Shown here: one piece after another, positions 30,633 to 44,372 of the stretch
Position numbering within the stretch: position 1 is the first letter of the stretch
Layout of the letters: each line of letters starts with the position of its first letter
DNA from: the human T2T-CHM13v2.0 reference genome, Homo sapiens
NCBI RefSeq assembly: GCF_009914755.1
Contig: NC_060944.1
DNA length: 64,000 nt
Reading direction: 5' to 3' (one strand)
Position numbers and translations under genes: made by a program
Notes under the pieces: generated by a model
Seen by the model: the letters and a program-made list of their open reading frames with translations, nothing else
Database searches by the model: none
Told to the model about the DNA's origin: nothing

Positions 30633-33437
30633 TCAGCTGCCAGGGACCCCACCTGCTCTCTGCTCTACTCTTGAATGACTTGGGGCAACCACACAGACTT
30701 CTTGCTCCTGACCGACTACTTTTTATGTGCATTGGGGATTTTAGGTACCAGCCCCAGGAGACAGAAGCAGCCCTTCCTTAATTGAGAGCTTTGGTTAATT
30801 GGGGTTGCGTTGGGTAAGGCTTTTTATAGTATAAACTCTCGAGGGGTGCTTCCTAAGTAGAACTTGTAGTCTGCTCATATTCACCTCAAATGTGGCCTTT
30901 GCTGGTATCTGTAGGGCTAGGAACCCTCCTTAGTGACTTCTAAATTCTGGATCCTGACCTAGTTGTCTTTAACTTGCATATTCTGCATACCCTACTACTA
31001 CTTTCTGTGTTCTTTCTCTTTTTACACCTCTCCAGCGCATGACTTTTATCTTGATTTATTTCACCCTCTTATCGACCACCTAGGTGTGCATGTGGTATAC
31101 TGTGGGGAACCCAGAGACTTGATTTCATTCCACCGTGAGTGCCCAGTCTAATGGAAGAGATGGTTACAGTACAATAGATGTTACTTCACTGCAGCCTGTA
31201 AGAGGTGCTCTGGGTGAATCAGCTGCCAGGAATGTGGACTAAATCTGGGGAAAGGAAGGATGAGTTGTAAAAGGGTAAATCAGAAACAAGCCTGACAAGA
31301 GCTGAGGCTTAGGTGTGTGGCAAGGCCCATGCATATGGAGAGAGATACTTGAGCCCGGACTGCCATGGATTAGGGGTACCCCAACTCTCTGCCTGGCTGG
31401 TGGATTCTACATTTTAACAAACCCCTGTAATGTTCCAAGTAGTAATAGCTAGCATTTCGTAGTATTTTCATACTCCTTTTCTCATTTAATCATCACCACT
31501 GTAAAGTTGGTGTTTATATAACTTGTTCTTACAGACAAGAACGTCAGTGTCCATCAAGGTCAAGTTGCTTGTCCAGCACAACACTAGAGAAAGGTCAGGG
31601 CCTAGGTTTACATCCAGATGCTCTTTCCAGTGTCCATGTTCTTGACAGGCTGCCTTGTGACCGTGTTGGACAGCTGCCAGTGGTGTCCAGAGACATTAGC
31701 ATAATTCACACCCAGTAGCAGTCTGCTCTAGTGTCCAGGCACCATTCAAGGTGCTTTGTATGTCACAGTTAAGCCTTAGAGCAGTCCAGTGCTGTAGGTG
31801 TTTCTTCTCAATTTATAAAAAACTAAACAGATTCTTAGTGTTCTAAGAAATTTGCCCAGGATCATATAGCTATGTAATTGGGGGATTGGGGGCAGGTAGT
31901 AGAGGGAATGTTGACCCCAGGCCTGGCTGGCTTTACAGCCCCTGTCCGGCCGGTGGGTTTACTCTTGTCCTCTTTTGGACACTGTGTTTTGCCCTGGCAG
32001 CCAACAGAACAAGTCTGTTAATCTTAGGAAGTACTTTGGACACACCCTGTGGTGTTGCTATGGTACCCAGCCTCTTTATAATGACATAACAGCACAAAAT
32101 CATTGAGAATGGGACCAATTCTTGGTCTGCATTTTCATATTTCTTTGGGAAGATGTGCCAGGATGGGTCCGTGTCTTTAGCTTCTTAGGACAGATCTTTG
32201 GCTGAGCCAGCTCTTTAACTAAAATATTTTAATGTACAACTCCTAATTAAACAGGGATGGCTATAGTCATAATTTATTCAAACTTCATTTTTCGGGGTTC
32301 CCTCATCCTTTTTCTTAAGACATAACTTTATAATTTTAATATTCTGCCCTTTTCCCCCCTTCACATTAAAACTTGCTTATTACATGCTATGTGACTTTCT
32401 CTTTTGGCTTTTTAAGTAAACTTTTGTTGAAGTATAATATGGTCCTTTAAAACTTTCAGCCAATTGGTATTACCATAGTTAACTGTTACTCATTCTCATT
32501 CTTGGACAGTAGTTTTCCAATCCTCCACTTTGACTTACTCTGTATGGAATACCAGTTCTGAGTGTCTCTGGTGTTTGGTGTGTGTTTTTTTGTTGGGTGG
32601 GGAGGCTTGTTTGTTTTGTGTCTTTTTGACACTTTTGGAATGAATTCCTCAAGTGGGATTTTTCTTTCAAATGGATCGAGCATTTCTAAGACTTCCTATA
32701 TGTATTGCTGAATTGCTGAAGTGTGCGTAAGTCAAAGTCCTAATTAGTCCTCTGCTGAAAGACAGATCTGCATGTTGTGTGGTTGGACCATCACGAGGGA
32801 CTGGATGAACATTAAACTCTGGGGGGCACGCATCAGAGTCTGCTGTGGGAACTAGCACATCCAGGTGTGCGATTTTGCTGCAGGCACTAAGGCAGTCACA
32901 GTGCTTCTGCTGAGAATCTAGCCTATGGAAACTCAAGGTCCTGCCCTCAACTAGGCAAGTTACTTAATCTTTTGCTCCTGAGTCTCCTCACCTGTGAGAG
33001 GAAATGTAATTATTATCTGAATAGATAGCAGTTTCGAGTAACCAGAGAGGAATGGCAGAGCACTCTCTGAATTCTTCCTTTCCATCTTATGTGACAAGTT
33101 ATTAAATCTTATTTATCCTAAACTTCTAAGACCTTTCACATCCTCTTCTCACCTCCTCCCTTGCCAGCCCTCACTTCACCAGGTTTCAGAGCCTCTTGAT
33201 AAGTCAGTCGGCCACTAGGCTGTCTCCCATCGCCAACCCCTCATGCCTCCATAAGGAACTTGTTTCATTGTCCAAGATATGCTCTTTCACAGTTTAACGT
33301 CTCTGAAATCAGCGGTTGACTTAGTCAATGGTGTGCCCATAGCGTTGTCAGCAGCCTATATGGCTTACTTAAATGGTATGCCTTAAAATTGGTGACTTGT
33401 AGATTCTGTAAGCGACACATCTCTAAAATACGTCAGT

Positions 33438-33742
33438 GGCCAGGCGTGGTGGCTCATGCCTATAATTACCCAGTACTTAAGGAGGCTGAGGTGGAAGGAT
33501 TGCCTGAGCCCAGAAGTTCAAGACCAGCCCGGGCAACATAAGGAGACCCTGTCTCTACTAAAAATAGAAAAGAATAGCCGGGCGTGGTGGTGCATGGTTG
33601 TAGTCCCCACTACTCTATTCGAGAGGCTGAGGCAGGAGGCTCCCTTGAGCCCAGAAGGTAGAGGCAGCAGTGAGCTGTGATTGGCTGCACTCTGGCCTGG
33701 GCAACAGAGCTAGACCGTTTCAAAATAAGTAAATAAATAAAA
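33438..33742 (+). mobile_element. Alu (AluJ-like), intron 2, sense
   Basis: ggccaggcgtggtggctc head and (TAAA)n tail. Confidence 0.93.
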
Positions 33743-36283
33743 TGTATTAAGAACTTTCAGTCACTTCCCATTTCTTGGAGTCTAAATCCACCTTAGAAGA
33801 TATCCAGCCTCATTCCGGCACATCTACAGAAACTCTTCTGTGATTATCCAGACTACTCGTGTCCCTGGCGCACACCCACCTGCTCCTGTGCCCACTCCCC
33901 TCATCCTGGGAGACGCAGCTGCAGGGCCTCTCGCAGTTATTCTCAGCCTGCCTTCCTCTCATCCCAGCTTCTCTCCCAACTCTTCTGGCAGATCCGGGCC
34001 CGCTTCCTAGTTCTCACAGCTGTAGTCATTCTGCTTCTAATGACCAGAAGCCTATGTAAGGGCAGGGATGCCCCTCAGCTCACCGCACCTCTGTCTCAAG
34101 AGCAATGTGTGCTCAGAAATTGTTGAAGTGGCGTTGACTAAAACCTGGAAATCTAACTTCTGGAGAAGGCTTAAGGATAGGCTTGTAAAAATCTAGAGCA
34201 TTTTGTATTTCTTTACAGGAAGTGCCTGTCTTTCCAAAGCTCCTACTGGCTTGTCTTTATGCTGAGCCTGCTGGCCTCACGTTTTTCAGCGAAGCAAGCC
34301 ATGTTTTTATTGGGAACTTAAGCACTACTGATGAATTTCCATGACTAATGAGATGCAAGACACCTGCTTGGTTTTGTTCTTGGGTTTACTTTAAGCATCT
34401 TCTCTCCCTGTGGACTGTGGCATAGGATATGTTTTGAAATACATAATTTATATTATGGTCACCTGACTGTCAGACTTGAGGGAAAGGTAGTAAAACTGTC
34501 CCCAAAGGCAGGCCTGCCTCTCTTGGAAGAACACTTTTTAGCCCTCTGTGAGCTGGGAGACAGCATGGTCTGGGGGGAGGACTTGCTGTGGGGGTTCTCT
34601 CCTATCCCCCCCAGTTACTCATGGTAAGGGCCCTCGGGCAGACTCTGAAGCCTTTCTCAGCCTTAGTTGCCCCACCTGTAAAACGGTGCCTGGTAAGATG
34701 AGATAGCTCACATAATAAACTTTTAAAATAGTACCTGGAACCCAGTAGGCTTTCACAGGCTAATTTACCTCAAATCCTTACTATCTCCAAATAACCTGCC
34801 TGTTTTCTCCCTCTCTGGGAAGGAAGCTAAATTTGTAACTCTTATTAATCTTATACAACTGTCAGATTATACCAGACAAGGGAATTATAAAACTTAAGTA
34901 AATTTTATTTGTTCCTCTCAGCTCAAAAAACTGAATTTCATGTGGGGATTTTAGTGGTTGCTGCATATATCTATTCCAATTATATATCCTGAAACTGGGG
35001 AAATACCCGCAGTTGTGGGTGGGTCGGGAGCCCACTGTGAGATGGGCCTGAGCTGAAACTCCATGGATCACCTGCCCTCCATCAGTCCTGTTCTGACTGG
35101 TGGACCACAGTGACAGTTTGGTTCTTTGGGAATTAGTGTCTTTTTGGAACTTGTGTTCAGTAATCCCCTAAAGTTTGATTACTTTCCCTTCCTCAATGCA
35201 CAGGCACCTTGGAAATGACTGCAGGTCTCCCTGGGGAGGCCGGAAGACTGAGTAAGAAATCTAGTCCCCCGACCTCAAAACATCTGCAGAATGTGCCAGC
35301 ATTTCTCAGGGTTAAGTAGAAGAGTTAAGCCATAGATTGCTAACCAGAATATCTGGTATAATTTAATAAAAACTAAAATAAAAATATGAAACTAGGGCCT
35401 TGGCTGGTCAGAAGAGGGAAGTTACTGGGAAATCAAGTGAGTATAAGATAGACTGGCGTTGCAGCTAGCCTTAAGGTGCACATTTCAATTGTACCTGCAG
35501 AGATTGTGGGGGCAGCAGGCCTAGGGAGAGGGATCACTTCAAATAGGAATAGCCTGGTCTGCCTAGAACATGGGTTTCAGCTGTTACAGCCTAAGAAGTG
35601 TGATGTCTTAGATGGAATAATACACTTTCATTCTAAGATCTAAATTTCATCTTTTGCCTAACATGTAAAAACTTACTCTTACGGCCTACAGCACTGGGAT
35701 TATTGAAATCGGTGACTTCCAAGGATTTGGTTGGGGTTGAGTGGGAATGATGATGTTAGTGATGGTCAGTGGTTCATTTCCCCAAAAAGATCTTACATTC
35801 TGCCAAATGTAGTTCCTATCTGACTTAAGTCACAGTACTCATGTGGTATAGTTTCATTCTCTCATTTGATAGATGTGAAGACTGAGGTACCAAAAAGACT
35901 GAGGCTCAGAGAGCTTCAGGGACTTGCCCAGGGTTCCAGCCATCTTTTCATCACACCTCAGTCTCCCTGTGTTTTCCTTGAAACAAAGAATCCACCCAGT
36001 GAGGCAGTGGTCAGAGTTGGGGTCTGAACCCAAACTCTTTGTTTCCTGGTCTGTGTTTTTCCTGTTACTTCACCAAGTGCCTCCGAGTGCCTGGCATCAT
36101 CCACGTCGCCTCCTTCCATCTGGTCGTGAGGTAGCTGAGACCCCGTTAGACAGTCTGCTTGGAGTAAAGGACTAGAATTCTGACATGTTTGTTTTCTCCC
36201 GGGAGTTCGTGTGTGAAAGCATACGCTGCAGCTTCTCATGAAAGAAGTCCAGGGGCCTTTCCTGCGCAAAGAAGTACTTTTGA

Positions 36284-36480
36284 GGCCAGGTGCTATTGAG
36301 AAGCTGGGACTATTGAGGCCACTGCACCCGGCCTCAAAAGTACTTCTTTTGGAAGTACGTTGGGAAGCCAAGGCGGGAGGACCACTTGAGCACAGGAGTT
36401 GGAGGCTACTGTGAGCTATGGTCACACCTCTGCACTCCAGCCTGGGTGACAGAGTGAGACCTTGACTCGTAAAAATAATA
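36284..36480 (+). mobile_element. Alu monomer (FRAM/FAM-like) with rearranged 5' end
   Basis: 'gggaagccaaggcgggaggaccacttgagc...gtgagctatgg...gcactccagcctgggtgacagagtgagacc'; the head is involved in an inverted duplication. Confidence 0.8.
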
Positions 36481-37900
36481 ACACTTTTGTATCTGGGACA
36501 AATAGCTGCACTCCCAGTTTTCCATTCTGTCATACCCACTGTTACTGGGTGTGATTCTGAGAATACTTCTTCCTGTCCAGAATTTTCCTCTCAACAAACA
36601 GCCCCTCCTGTAGCATCTCCTGAGTCTAGCTCCTTCCTCAGAGCAGCTCCTCAGTCCGAAGGTCCAGTCTCCCCCAACCACTCACAAACTTTGGGTTCTT
36701 TTTTTACCATTTTTTCTTTCCCTGGATTCTCATAACCTGGACTTAGATTATAGTCTGTTTTGCAGACTTGTTTTCTTTTTCCTTAGGTTGCCATAGTTAC
36801 TAACTTTGTATATAAAATAACCATCATTCCTCTTCCTTTATTCCCCCACCAGAAGTTTCAGTGTTTTCTGATGTGGCCTTTGCAAAAGGAATTGGATGGC
36901 TTTTTGATCTTTTCCTTTCTGGTTCTACCTGTAGTACACATTTCTTGCTCTCCTTTTTGTGGGTCTTTAGCATCTGGATTGACTTGGGCTTCAGATTGAT
37001 GCTTCCTTGTGCAGTATTTTTACATAGAGGGCCTCTGCCCATGACCTAGATAGAGGATTATGAGAGGGGAAATAACTGATTTGAAAAGAACAAAAAACAT
37101 CTGCCCTAAACTGGTTCTACCTGTATTACTTTGATTGTGAGTAATATAAGCAAATAAATTATATAATTACAAGGGAAGTGAGGGCTATCCGATTGTGATC
37201 AAAAACCTAAAGCTTTTGTTTTGTGTGTCACATCATCTTGGCTGAACCCAGAACTCTCAGACCATTGGCTTTAGTAGACTGTGAGCCTTGGTAATTTCAG
37301 GCTGTTGGGGTTAGCAGAGCCTCACCTAGATCACTCGTTTTCTTTGTAATAGAGTAAATGACTAGTAAAAGGAACCCTCTGCCAGAAGCTGTCTGAGGAA
37401 GTGCAGTCATTTTTGGTAGGATGCATACTCCATACTGGGGCCAGAGAGAGGACTTCTCTTCAGGTCCTGGCTCAGTTACAAATGACCTTGTGACCACCCA
37501 GAACAAGCCAGCACATTTGCAGGCCCAGCCTCTCCTCATCAGTGAGATAAAACATCTGCCTTCTTACACTTAGCTTTGGGAGCAGTTGTAGTCATCACAT
37601 AACATCCACATAAAGATTCACTGGACTGTCAGTTGCTTTATAAAGAACATTGAGATTTGCTTGGAGAGGTTGGTCACCAGCTTTCCTAGAGTTTCAAGCC
37701 CACACAATTTAAATCTGTCTTGTACATCGACTTTAGACTCCACTGTTCCCACCAGACTTCCAATTTACACCTTTCTGGTCTTTTTGTCCCTGTGTTCCAT
37801 CATCCATTCCATCTTTCAGCCTAGAATTACCTTCCTGCTCCCCCACTGATCTACTGCCTGCCTTTTACAGGGTAAGTTCAGTCCTGCCCCCTCTGACACC

Positions 37901-38033
37901 TTCAGATCTGGCCACTCCTGCCCCCCCCTTCACTGTTTATATGAGTTGACCCTGATGGAGATGTACATTCAGATCTGGCGACTCCTGCCTGCGCTTCACT
38001 GTTTGTAGTAGTTGAGCCTGATGGCGATGTACA
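37901..38033. repeat. Tandem duplication, 2 x ~67 nt
   Basis: 37901-37967 and 37968-38033 both read ttcagatctggc.actcctgcc...ttcactgttt...gttga.cctgatgg.gatgtaca. Confidence 0.9.
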
Positions 38034-38164
38034 GCTTTTGATGGTTGCTGCTGTGGATACCTGTCATCTCCTTGAAACTAAGCCTCATAGAGGTGGAGGC
38101 ATGTTATGTACCTAACTTGTGCTAGGCATGTGGTGGGCTTGCAGAAAATATTGATGGATCGGAC

Positions 38165-38228
38165 TGTGCCTCTGAAATAAACCAAGGAAATTGTAGGAGT
38201 GTGCCTCTGAAATAAAGGAAATTCTAGT
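38165..38228. repeat. Tandem duplication, 2 x ~30-35 nt, each unit with AATAAA
   Basis: tgtgcctctgaaataaa at 38165 and 38200, each followed by ggaaatt.tag. Confidence 0.85.
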
Positions 38229-38629
38229 GCCATTCTAGGTGCATTAACAAGAATCCTTCTACAAGTCAGGAAAAAAGAGAGGGAAGGTCATTTGCTCAGC
38301 ATGGAGTAACAATGATATTAGAAGCAACAGACCCGTGACAGCCTTCTTGCATGCTTTCCCTTGTCCCATCTGCCCAGCAGCTTTGGGAGGTGTGGGTGGT
38401 ATGGCACTCCCTGTTTGGAGACAGTATAATGAAACAAAAAGGCTTCGCAGTCAACCAGACGGCAGTAAACCCGAGTTTCCACCTGGGCCTCATTCCAAAC
38501 CCAGGTACCTGACACCAGTCCCTGGTGCCTGTGTCATACCTTAGAAAGGCACTCAGTGCCAGTTGTGCAGGTCCCCTTGGAGCAGTTGTTTGTCACCAAT
38601 GTCACTCTTGAATACACTGCATCCTTTAG

Positions 38630-39403
<774 letters not shown>

Positions 39404-39440
39404 AATTCAGGGCTAAGCATTTTGGGTGATTTTAAACTAG
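39404..39440 (+). other. STK35: 3'UTR portion of exon 3 ending at a splice donor (start of a 3'UTR intron)
   Basis: CTAG|GTGAGT at 39440/39441 is a consensus donor 37 nt after TAA; the downstream sequence is repeat-rich and intron-like to the window end. Confidence 0.85.
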
Positions 39441-39769
<329 letters not shown>

Positions 39770-40370
39770 TCTCTTTTTTTTCTGTATGCCCACTTCTTGG
39801 ACCGGGTTCTTCATTCTGGACCCTGGCATGGGCCCTGTGAACTTGCAGGGGAATACAAAGTTGAAGAAAATGAAGTGCTTCTTTTCAAAGATCCCCCCCA
39901 TATCTTGATGGGAGAAACGTGCAATTATCTGAGTACACGTTGGAAAGTCTAGAGAAGTCTTCTCAGAGGAGGTTGCGTTTAAGCCGAGTCTCCCTTTTTT
40001 TAGAAACGCTCTTTCTCATCATTATAAATGCTCACTGTAGAAAATGTGCATAAGAGGTAGACAGGTTTTCAGAGAATAAACACTATCTCTGATTGTATCC
40101 CACCTACTCACACATCCGGTTCCACATAGTTTAGATCTTGCCCTAGTTGGTCAAGGTCTTTTTCTTTTTACTCATTACTAATCTGAGCATTCCTCCATGT
40201 CATACTTTAGAAGTATGGCTTTTCAGGGACTGTATGACATTCCCATTATATGTACCATAATTTAACCATTCTCCTACTTTAGAAAACAGATTTTTTCCAT
40301 TTTAGATACTATAAAGAATGTATTAGTGAATATTTATGTAGAAGTCTTTGCTTATTTAAAAAATTTATTC

Positions 40371-41041
<671 letters not shown>

Positions 41042-42689
41042 TATGTGCTAGGCTCTGGGGTGACATGATAAGCCAAATCAGAGACTTTCTCCATCTTCAT
41101 GAATTCTGCATCTTAATTAGGGAGAGAAACTCCAAGTTGAACTTGGTTTCATGTGTAGTATTTTCAATGAAGGTATTTTTGTAATGAGTCACTAGGTCTA
41201 ATTCTTCAAATCATAATTGTTTTATAGCTGTTTAAGGAGAAGAGGTATTCAGGGAAATTGACCTTTCGGGTGTTGATGCACAGAGTCAAGAGGAGGGAAT
41301 TGGGGGTGAGGGAGCATCCCAGATAGACCAACCTCTGCGAAGGACCTGAAACCAGGGAGAGCCTGGCACATTTGAGAGACTAGACCAATTTGGGTTAATG
41401 AGGAAGTAGGCATGTGGAAATTAGAGAGGACAGGGAACAGTGTAGACAGAAATTGAACTGGAAAACCCAAAGGTATTTATAGGAACAGCAGAATAGTTTA
41501 GTTGGACTGAAGTTTGATGTGTGTGTAAGAGAAATAAGATGAAAAATTGACCAGCATATATGCTAGGTAGTTTCACATGAACCATTTTGTTTCACCTTTA
41601 CAACCCTGCAAGGGATTAAGTAATTTACCCCAGATCCTACTAAGTTAAGGATGGGTATATCTTATTCAAGCATCCCCCACCCCCTTTTCCCTTAATATGG
41701 TGAGCTAGAAGTAAGCTGCTCTTACGTTGTGCTGAAGTCTTGATGAGGTGATGGAGCTAGTGCTGATCCTCCTGGTGGTCACAAGAAGCCTCAGGAGCCA
41801 TAAGGCACGGAGCTTTCCATCACTTGGGTGGGTTCCCTCCCTTTCCCTTCATTATCCTCTGGTTTCTAGGTGGGGTTGGCTCATTCCAAGTTGAGCTTGG
41901 TTTCATGTGTAGTGTTCTCAGTGAATGTATTTCTCGAGTGAGTCACTTAGGTTTAATTCTTTCATTCTACAAACGTGTGTTCCAGGTGCTGGACCAATTG
42001 GGCCTACCACCCGTGGGTAGGAGAACAGCAGTCCCCAAAGCTAGGTTTAGGGTAGTGCTATATTAGAAACCAAAAGGGTTGGCTAGACAGTGTTTTAAAT
42101 GTATTTTGTGCTGTCACTTCCCATTTCCATCTCATGCTTTCTGCTTTTGAAAGACCTCTTAAAATTCAGATTTGCTCTGGCATAGGAAGGTTGTCATTGG
42201 AAGAGGGACCTGAATTTAGGTTACGATTATGGGGTTGTCATAACTAATTGAGATCAGGGCTTCCATGTGGATATCCACACTTGAGATTTGTGCTGTTTTG
42301 CAGGGCAGTTTTGGCTAAATTGGAGTGATTCTTTCATGTAGGAGAAATAGGCGACCTTGAGAAGAGGGGAAAAGATTAGGAATATGGTTACTGGTGAGTG
42401 TCCCAGGCTGTTTTGTTAATTCATTTTGTGGCTCTTACAGCTAATCTTTACAGTACTGGTGGTGCCAATTTGACCATAGCCTATCCTCCCCTGTCTTAGG
42501 TGGGCACTTAGAATTGTGGGCCTGGGCCCAGGTCTGTGACCAGAGCCGAACCCTGTGTTGCCAGAAACTTCAAATCAGCTTCTGTAGAAGAGCTGTATCT
42601 GGCTGGTCAGAGAATCTGAGGCTTGACTTGGGAAGAACATTGAGTCTGACCTCCCTTTCCCCTGCCAAGTTTTGTAGATGGACAAGCTA

Positions 42690-43950
42690 ATTTCATTTAT
42701 TCATTCAACATGTTCTTTGGAAACTCTTTCCAAGTACCATTTTAGACACAGATAATACATCGGTGAACAAAACAGACAAGTTTTTGCAGTATGGAGCTTA
42801 ACATTCGTTCTGTTGGGAAGACAGTACCCATAGGTAATGTACAAGAAAGTGCTCGGTGCTGGGTGCGGTGAGAGGGTAGGATGGGAAGAGTAGAGCAGGG
42901 TAGGGGAGATCTGAAGCTTGGGTGGTGGGGAGGGGTGGGGATGTACTTTTAAATGGAAGATATCAGAGTGGGTCTCCCAGAGACGGTGACCTTTGAGCGA
43001 ATGTTAGAAGGAGTCGAGGGAGTGAGTCCCAAGGATTTCTGGGGAAAGAGCATCTCAGACAGAAGTAATGGCCACTGTGAAGGTCCTGAAAGTTGGCCAG
43101 AGTGAGCAAGGAGTGTATAGGAAGAGATAGATAACTAGGAGCCAAGTAGGCCTCGTAAGCCTCTAGAGATTTTGGCTTGTGTTTTTGGATGAGATGGAAA
43201 GCCATGGGGATGTTTTCAGCTGTGTGATATCTGCTCTTTTGAAAGGATCACTTTGCATCTTGAAATAACGGGATAAGATGGGAGGCTGTTGCAATAATCC
43301 AGGTGAGAGATGACGATGGCTTGAAACAATGTAACAGAGAAGTGATTATTGGATTTTGGGTATTTTTTTGAAGTCAGAGCCAGCAGGATTTCCGGCCGGA
43401 TCATATGGGAGGTGTGAGAGAAAGGAATTAATCATCACTTCAAGGTGTCAGCCTAAGTGATGGGAAGAATAGAGCTGCCATTAAATAAGATGGGGAAGAC
43501 ATTGGGGGAATAGGGTTGGCAGGACAAAGTTAGGTTTTAGTTATCTGAAAGTTTGGCATGCCTATTTAGAATCCAACTACAGATGTAGAGTAGGCAGTTG
43601 GATGAGTCTGGAGTTCAAGGGAGGGGTCCAGCCTAGAGATACAAATTTAGAGATTTGCCACAGTACTGGAGTGGGTATAGACAAGAGGAGGTCAGAGGAC
43701 TGAGCTCCAGGTGGTGCAACATTGAGGATGGGAAGAAAGAAAGGAGCCAGAGAGAGGGGAAAAGACATCAAGAGGAGGAGGGAGCCAGCCGTGGCATCAT
43801 CTGCTAGTTGATTGAGAGGACTTGATCATTGGATTTAGTAAATGGGAAAGCATCAGTACTCATGAACAATTTTGGTGGAGTAATGGGGAAACCTGTAACT
43901 AGAGTGGATTTGAGAGGGGAAGAGGAGAGGAATTGGAGACAGTGGAAGAA
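42690..43950 (-). mobile_element. L2 fragment(s)
   Basis: 'ttcatttattcattcaaca', 'gaggctgttgcaataatccaggtgagagatga', 'ggcagttggatgagtctggagttcaaggg'. Confidence 0.8.
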
Positions 43951-43967
43951 TAGACCAGTAGTTGTCA

Positions 43968-44372
<405 letters not shown>

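Noticed and set aside
35958-36539. 193-aa minus-strand ORF
   Set aside because: Runs through an Alu monomer and a MIR-like region; no recognisable protein features.
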